A stretch of 64,000 nucleotides of DNA from Octopus vulgaris (lineage: Eukaryota): NCBI GenBank assembly GCA_951406725.2, contig OX597814.1, positions 189,100,001 to 189,164,000 on the forward strand, in the 5' to 3' direction. The position numbers and the translations under genes are program-made. Positions 55,469 to 64,000 of this stretch are shown piece by piece. Below the pieces are notes generated by a model. That model saw only the letters and a list, made by a program, of their open reading frames with translations. It was not told the DNA's origin and did not search any database. The stretch's first letter is position 1; each line of letters begins with the position of its first letter.

Positions 55469-55937
55469 GCCTTATATATATATATATATATATAGCCTTA
55501 TATATATATATGTTTAAATAATAAGAGTAAAAAATTGAATATTAATTTGATTATTATAGATTTAAACCATTAGCCTAGCCTATTGAAAAGATCTGACGAT
55601 TCAGTAAAATTATATTGCATATATATATAAGCGGGGGTAACAACTAAGTGGACATCCAATATGCTAGATGTAGACCTTATATGGTCTGACCACTAAGAAA
55701 AGACTGTTCTCAAGAAAATTCAGCAAACGCCAGAACGTAAGCGAGCAAGACAAATGAAAAGATACAAAATATAATGATTAGTCACATACCAGGTTTCATT
55801 GTTACCACTTACATATTACAGACGTAAATGTCTGCAATTCATCACTGTGACTGTCATAGGAAAATTAACTATATCTCTGTGTGCATGTATGTTTGCACGT
55901 GTGCGCATGTGTGTATATCATTACACACATGTATTCT

Positions 55938-56308
55938 CTTATTCTTTTACTTCTTTCAGTCATTCGACTGCAGCCATGCTGGAGCACCGCTTCGAGGGGT
56001 TTTTTTTTTAGTCGAACAAATCAACCCCAGAATATATTTCGTAAACCTAGTACTTATTCCACAAGCTTAGTTACAGGGACGGATACACACCAGCACGGGT
56101 TGTCAAGCAGTGACATAGAGACAAAGGCACACATACATATATATATGAAAAGCTTCTCTCTGTTTCCATCAACCAAATCCACTCACATGTATTTTGTCGG
56201 CCCGTATCTATAGCAGAAGACACTTGCCCAAGGTGCCACGTAGTGAAACTGAACCCTAAAACATACGGTTCAGAAGCAAGATTTTTACCACACAACCACA
56301 CTGCGCCT
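55938..56308 (-). mobile_element. SINE family B (diverged)
   Basis: Reverse-complement head (gacacttgcccaaggtgccac) and tail (cagccatgctggagcaccgc). Confidence 0.8.
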
Positions 56309-56330
56309 ATATATGTTTGTAGCATTTTGA

Positions 56331-56900
56331 AGGCAGCGAGCTGGCAGAAACGTTAGCATGCCGGGCGAAATGCTTTCGTCTGCCGTTACGTTCTGAGTTC
56401 AAATTCGCCGAGGTCGACTTTGCTTTTCATCCTTTCGGGGTCGATTAAATAAGTACCAGTTACGCAATTGGGTCGATATAATCGACTTAATCCGTTTGTC
56501 TGTCCTCGTTTGTCCTCTCTGTGTTTCGCCCCTTGTGTGTAGTAAAGAAATAGGTATTTCGTCTGCCGCTACGTTCTGAGTTCAAACTCCGGCGAAGTCG
56601 ACTTTGCCTTACATATTTCCGGGGTCGATTAATAAGTACCAGTTACGCACTGGCGTCGATATGATCGACTTAATCCGTTTGTCTGTCCTTGTTTGTCCTC
56701 TCTGTGTTTAGTCCCTGGTGGGCAATAAAGAAATAGGTATTTTGTCTGCCGTTACGTTCTGAGTTCAAATTCCGCGCAGGCCGACTTTGCCTTTAAATAA
56801 GTACCAGTTATGCACTGGGGTCGATGTAATCGACTAAATCCCTTTGTTTGTCCTTGTTTGTCCCATTTATGTTTAGCCCCTTGTGTGTGCAATAAAGAAA
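56331..56900 (+). mobile_element. SINE family A trimer
   Basis: Head then units joined at aaagaaatag|gtattt (about 56553 and 56736). Confidence 0.9.
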
Positions 56901-57359
56901 TATATATATGTATGTAGCACGTATAGCGTATTGTTTGGTCTACATTGTTTGGCGATGCGATTTCAGATGATCGATTAGCTGAGTTGCTTGCCTCCGAATT
57001 ACAGAGCAAATGACTGAGGATTTGATTTGACAGACATGTGGAGCCTTAACATGATTCTCAGTGAGTCTAAGAATCATAGTGTGAGACAAATACGTTACAT
57101 TTCTTTGAGTTGCAGTGTAATTTACCCGTTGAGCTCCTGCGCTGTTTCCTCGCCATAGCAAGAAATAATTCATTCTAAAAGCTATACAGTGCAATCGAAC
57201 TCGCGACCTCGTGGCTATCAGGCAACCATATAATAAGTTTCGCTCATATTACGACTACAATTGCTACTACCACTATATACGCATAACAAAAAAGAATAGA
57301 GTATGTTCTTTTATTATGCAAATATACACTACAGCAAAAACACTCATAAAGATACACAC

Positions 57360-59078
57360 ACATGCATATATATATACACGTATATGTATCTAAGTATATA
57401 CATATATGCGTATGTATGCATGTATGTATGTATTTATGTATGAATGTATGTATGTATGTATGTATTTATGTATGAATGTATGTATGTATGTATGTATGTA
57501 TGTATGTATGTATGTATGTATGTATCTATCTGTCTATCTATCTATCTATCTATATATATTTGTATATCATATATATATATGTATGTATATATATATATAT
57601 ACATATAATAATGTAAGTATATGTGCATATATATATCTATGTATATACATGCATAAACACATACCTATACATATAATGTTCACATGCATTCATAATAGAG
57701 ACATTTAATTATACATAAGTATTTATGTATGCTTGTATATGTTTGTGGGTGTGTGTGAAAGTGGGTGTGCTGTACGTAGACTGTTGTGTGCAAAAGAGAA
57801 ATATTTGTATGTACGTGCAAAACAAAATACGCAGCGAGAAACGCATATATATTCACATATATAAAGTCATTGACGCATATAGATATACCTACAAACATGC
57901 ACGAAGATACGCACATACATATTTTTTATATATGTGTGTTTGTGCGACTCTAAGCGTATGTGTGTGCGACTCTAAGCGTACCTGTGTGCGACTCTAAACG
58001 TATGTGAATGTCTTTCTGCGTGTTTCAGTCACACCGTATACCGGCTCTCATTCACACAAAAGCATCTCCAACTATGCACATATCTACATATGTATGTATG
58101 AGAAAAATGTAGAAACCGCATAAAACTGCTATATGAACAGCAGAATATGTGCTGATTCAGCGCTTACTACAATCATCATTCTGGCTGTATGTTTCTCTTC
58201 ATCCACTAGCGTTAAACACGTGTATTTCTCGTTTTCCCTTTTGTGCTTATAGACATATACCTATCTATCTATCTATCTACATGAATATATATATATATAT
58301 ATATATCCACCAACCTTCATACCTACATAACTGCTTACCTACCTACCTCCCTACCTACCTACTACGTACCTACCTACCTACCTACCTACCTACCTACCTA
58401 CCTGCCTACCTACCTACCTGCCTACCTACCTATCTACCTACCTACCTACCTATCTACCTACCTACCTACCAACGTGTATACATACCTCCCAATACATGTA
58501 TGTATGATTGTATGTATGTATGTAGGTATTTATGCATATATGTGTGTATGCAGGTATGCATGTATGCATGTATGCATGTATGTATTTATATGCATGTATG
58601 TATGTATGTATGTATGTATGTATGTATGTATGTATGGATGAATGGATGGATGGATGGATGGATGCATGCATGCATGCATGTATGTATGCATGTATGTATG
58701 TATGTATGTATGTATGTATGTATGTGTATGCATTTATGCATATATTTATATGTGCATGTATGTATGTATGCATATATTTATGTATGTATGTATGTATGCA
58801 TGTATTTATGTATGTATGTATGTATGTATGTATGTATGTATGTATGTATGTATGTATGCATGTATTTATGTATGTATGCATGTATGTATGTACAACCTAT
58901 ACCCATAACATGATATTACTAATTCGATATTTCGATTATCATGCAATAAACATCACTTTCTGTGAATAATTCTGTATTTCCTTTTACACATTTATACCAC
59001 AGAACAGAACAACATATATACGAATACATATGTACATACATACAAACATATATACATGTGTATGTGCATGCCTATATT

Positions 59079-59117
<39 letters not shown>

Positions 59118-59204
59118 TCAAATATATATATATATATATGTATGTAGGTAAGTATGTATTTATATTTACATCCACACATACTTGTATATATGTATATATA
59201 TATA

Positions 59205-59248
<44 letters not shown>

Positions 59249-59393
59249 TATATGTATATATATATATAATATATATATTATATTATATATACATATATAT
59301 ATGTATATATATAATTATAATTATATATATATATATAATCAAATATATATATATATATATATACAAACACACACGCATATATATATAATGCGC

Positions 59394-59428
<35 letters not shown>

Positions 59429-59751
59429 TTTCTGCACATGTATTTATGGTATATGAAATGTAGTTCTTTAGATACTTCCTAATTAAGCGAGAGGCCGTCT
59501 GTCAAATAGATAGATAGTCAAGAACGCCATTGAGTGTTAGACGTATATATTTGACAGCGTCATTGATCGATTAATATAGTAATTATTTCATTCATGGTGG
59601 AAAGGGTTGTACAGACGTGAAGATGCGATGATAGTGGGTGGAAGGATTGACTGAAATATATGAAAAAGAAAGGACTGTAAAAGTTTATGAGTGTATATAT
59701 ATATATATGTGTGTGTGTATGTGTGTGTGTGTGTGTGTGTGTGTATACATA

Positions 59752-59809
<58 letters not shown>

Positions 59810-60112
59810 TAGGTATATATGTATGTATTCATATATATATATATATCATTATCAGATGCGTACATTCACACACACACACACATGTATACACACACGCACG
59901 CCACCACCACCACATACACACAGATATATATATCTGTGTGTGTTTGTCGTGAGGCGTGCTTGTGTGTGTATATATGTATATATCTATCTCTCTCTCTATA
60001 TATATACATATACATGTATATATATATATACATATATATGTATATATATATATGTATATATATATATACATATATATGTATACATATATATATATATATG
60101 AATACATACATA

Positions 60113-60178
<66 letters not shown>

Positions 60179-60190
60179 CATCATCATCAA
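57360..60190. repeat. Large compound microsatellite field: (TATG)n, (CCTA)n, (GGAT)n, (TA)n, (TTA)n
   Basis: Directly visible; source of the 254-aa and other low-complexity ORFs. Confidence 0.92.
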
Positions 60191-60613
60191 ATGCGTACAT
60201 TTGTCACAAAACCCTTTTTCTTTGAATGCATTCATTTAACCAGGAAATCATTTATGAAACCCTTCAATTAACTGTAGTTATCCTCAAACACAGTTGTACA
60301 TATTCATAGACACACACATGGAGACTCATAAACACACTCATACACATCTAACACTCACATCATACGTATCTATACACATGCACAGGCACACACTCGCACA
60401 TATATTTTTAAAAATCGGAGTTTGAAACGTACGAAATAAGACACTATTTAAAATAACAATTTATCATATTAATGATAATAATTAAAATTATAATTGTAAC
60501 AACAGCAACTTCAATATAATACTGATGACAACAACAACAGCAATAACATCAACAACAACAACAATGATAATAATAATAATAATAGTAATAATAATAATAA
60601 TGATAATAATAAC

Positions 60614-60750
60614 GATCACCATATCGCACACATATGGTTGTGATGCATGTGCCTGGTGTACTCTTATCAAGCGGGTAGTCATGATGGGTTTTCTGAACTT
60701 TGTATATTTACTCCAGTGTCACTTTGATGGTATTCACTGCTGTCTCACTC
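60614..60750 (+). mobile_element. Element D, 5'-truncated copy in (TAA)n
   Basis: Matches 4785-4922 and ends cactc|aataat. Confidence 0.85.
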
Positions 60751-60802
60751 AATAATTACAACAACAATAATAATATTAATAATAATGATAATAATAATAA
60801 TG

Positions 60803-60859
<57 letters not shown>

Positions 60860-61058
60860 TCAATCGTTTCAAATTTTGCCTCAAGGCCAGCAATAAGTTC
60901 ATTACATCGACCCCAGAGCTTAACTGGTACTTATTTTACTGATCGCAAAAAGAATGAAAGACCTTAGCGGATTTGAAATCAGAATGTGAGGATGGAAGAA
61001 ATGCTGCTAAGCATTTAGCCCGGCGTGCTAACAAATCTGCCAGCACGTTGCCGGAATA

Positions 61059-61090
<32 letters not shown>

Positions 61091-61250
61091 ACAACGACGA
61101 CGACGACGACAGCGGAGAGAACGACGATGATGACGATGACAATGATGATGATGATGATGACGTTGATGATGATGAGGATGATGATGATGATGACGACGAT
61201 GACGATTATAATGTTATTATAAGCATTTCGCCCGGCGTGCTAACGTTTCT

Positions 61251-61570
61251 TATTTCTTTATTGCCCACAAGGGGCTAAACACAGAGGGGACAAACAAGGA
61301 CAGAGAAAGGGATTAAGTCGATTACATCGATCCCAGTGCGTAACTGGTACTTAATTTATCGACCCCGAAAGGATGAAAGGCAAAGTCGACCTCGGCGGAA
61401 TTTGAACTCAGAACGTAACGGCAGACGAAATACGGCTACGCATTTCGCCCGGCGTGCTAACGTTTCTGCCAGCTCTCCGCCTTTGCTAACGTTTCTGCTA
61501 GCTCTCCACCTTTGCTAACGTTTCTGCCAGCTCTCTGCTTTTGCTAACGTTTCTGCCAGCTCGCCGCCTT
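61251..61570 (-). mobile_element. SINE family A with four tandem 29-bp copies of its 5' end
   Basis: gctaacgtttctgccagctctccgccttt-like unit x4 at about 61456-61570. Confidence 0.9.
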
Positions 61571-61944
61571 ACAAGAACGCATTCCATTGTTATATCTTCC
61601 TGTGGACGGGAAGGCCGTGCTTTCCCGAGCTTGCTCAGTTCCCATTTTTGCTAGCTAAGTGAATTGGAGCAACATGAAAGGAAATATTTTGGTCAAGAAC
61701 ACACTGCCTCACCCAGTCCAGGAATGAGCACCGCTGTCTTCGGTGATGAGAGCAAAACCGAAACTGCTAAGCTATATACGTGAATTGTTTTTGAGTATAC
61801 ATTGTCTTGGAGACTCTTCTTACAGTAGAGGAAATAGCTAAATTCTTTAGCTGCTATTTCTAAAAGTTCAGTATGAGGTAAAGCAAATTTTTTGTTGAAC
61901 CTTAATTATATAAAGTATATATAAAGTATGTATATATATGTATG

Positions 61945-62010
<66 letters not shown>

Positions 62011-62024
62011 TATATGTATGTGAT

Positions 62025-62245
62025 TGTGTGTTTGTCCCACGCCACCGTTTGACAACCGCAGTTGGTTTGCTTACATCCACTTAAGTTAGTAGTTCGGCGA
62101 AAGAAACGAATAGGATAAGTACCGACCTGTCAAAAACAATAAATAAATTAATCAATTAATTAATTAAAAGCCCTGGCGTTGATTTGTTTCACTAAAGACT
62201 TCAAGGTTGTGCCCCAGCATAACCGCAGTCCAATGACCAAAACCA
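62025..62245 (+). mobile_element. SINE family B 3' half (old)
   Basis: ttgacaacc..gttcggc..gataagtac..gtgccccagcat; similar old fragments at about 33110-33270 and 45473-45655. Confidence 0.7.
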
Positions 62246-63525
62246 TGGTAAGTTATAAGCCAATATATTACTTCTAGTATCAGATGTATTTGATTTGAAA
62301 TTTCTCACCATCAAATTGTTCATTAATTTCTAGTTCGTTCAGCACATCAACATTGAGCTATTACTATATAATAAATAGTAATATAGCAAACATCAATAAT
62401 AAAAAAGGAATATCATTATGATACGAACTCGCCGCTTTTCAGCTTCAGTATCAATACCTTGTTTATTCAGACTCTGCGATTCATCGACCATCTAAATAAA
62501 TAGCTTTTATCTATGCGATATTTATTTTATTCAATTGTAAATGTCGTCTTCTGTTTCCATGTGATATCATCCTAACTTTCCGAAACATGAAATACCTCAT
62601 TTTAGAGTAATAGGCATTAATATAATAGACATTTAGAAAGATTGTGCAAACAGATATACAGAATATATTTACCCTTAAATGTGAAACGTATGGATTGATG
62701 TCACGAATGGCTCATTTGAAAAGTTACTTTAACAATGGATTTCTCTCTTATATTTTTTTTAACATGTTTATCGAAAATATTTTTTATCGTGACAATGTGT
62801 TCATGAAAACCTCATGGCTGACTGGATCTATTTGAATTTTTATTTGAAGACTGACAAATCAATAGTCAAGATCAAAGTGTAAATCGTAATAACAGTCAGT
62901 GAAATAAATACCTCGAATATATATTAAAGATACGCAGTGGTGTTAAATCAATAATACACATTACGACTTTTGTTGGGTAGAAAATATGAGTAATTATATC
63001 ACATTAAAGAATCAACACTTTCCACTTGATCAGACTGATTTTACATAACTGTAGATTGTAAAATGCTATAAAAATACTTTGCTAAATAGATATGACATAA
63101 TACCAGAGTATTATTTTGCTATTGCATTGGAGTAATAGGAATTCGAAGTTCAATAATGTTATTCCGGTGTTAGAAGTGTCTTTTTTTTATATGGTTATGA
63201 TATAGTCAATGGTCTGAAACGGAGTATATAACTGCTAACTTTTCATGAAGACTAGTAGAATGAAAAATACTATTTTTCAGGTAGCATGGCGACTGCTATT
63301 CACTACACGGTAAAATTATTTTAGAAGTGTGTATTCTTAAAGCTAATGTATATTATCATGTAGTCCCGAGTTTATAGAGAAGCAGAACGTAAGTTTTCAA
63401 AGGGAAGCAACCGTTTTCATGTAGGGAATTAGTTTCAATAACAACCTGAAATCTCTTCGTGGAGTCTGCTTGTTCTGAGCGTATATTTTTTAATCTCTGA
63501 AATCATATTTTATGGAATTTATAAC

Positions 63526-63941
63526 CTATTTCTTTACTACCCACAAGGCGCTAAACACAGAGAAGACAAACAAGGACAGACAAACGGATTAAGTCGATTA
63601 TATCGACCCCAGTGCGTAACTGGTACTTATTTAATCGACCCCAAAAGGATGAAAGGCAATCGACCTCGGTGGAATTAGAACTCAGAACGTAGCGGCAGAC
63701 GAAATACCTATTTCTTTACTACCCACAAGGGGCTAAACACAGAGGAGACAAACAAGGACAGACAAATGGATGAAGTCGATTATATCGACCCCAGTGCATA
63801 CCTTTTACTTATTTAATCGACCCCGAAAGAATGAAAGGCAAAATCGACCTCGGCGGAATTTGAACTCAGAACGTAACGGCAGACGAAATACGGTTACGCA
63901 TTTCGCCCAGCGTGCTAACGATTCTATCAGCTCGCTGCCTT
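63526..63941 (-). mobile_element. SINE family A dimer
   Basis: Units start 63527 and 63709; TSD tggaatttataaccta at 63513-63528 and 63942-63957. Confidence 0.92.
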
Positions 63942-64000
63942 TGGAATTTATAACCTACCAAACAAATAACTGCATAGAATAAAATGAATACAGGTATAAC

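Noticed and set aside
58149-58913. 254-aa ORF and the many [12 protein letters not shown]/poly-I/N/L ORFs
   Set aside because: Translations of stop-free microsatellite frames.

Overview
AT-rich, repeat-saturated eukaryotic DNA, almost certainly intronic or intergenic. The mix of tRNA-derived SINEs with very dense (TA)n/(TAA)n/(TATG)n/(CA)n microsatellites points to a coleoid cephalopod (Octopus-like); that assignment is inference. Nearly all ORFs in the track are microsatellite or SINE artefacts. The only credible host-gene piece is one isolated 140-nt minus-strand exon (5240-5379). Recognisable mobile DNA: three abundant SINE families (labelled A, B, C here), two Dong/R4 RLE-LINE remnants, a ~555-bp (TAA)n-targeting non-autonomous element (D, 3 copies), a CR1-like LINE tail, an L1/Tx1 endonuclease fragment, a decayed full-length mariner, a non-autonomous Helitron, and a TIR MITE carrying (CCCTAA)n. 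The most notable signal is a set of short, microsatellite-flanked elements with minimal type-I hammerhead ribozyme (HHR) motifs and Penelope-style inverted or partial-tandem ends. One of these families (E) has a tRNA-Ile-like head, a (TAA)n spacer, an HHR and a 12-bp TSD, and is a candidate Penelope-mobilised SINE/retrozyme. Other oddities: a 118-bp unique flank copied between two inverted SINEs 8 kb apart, SINE-A multimers with a fixed junction, and 5'-end stuttering in several retroelement families. All coordinates were read by eye and boundaries may be off by a few nt.
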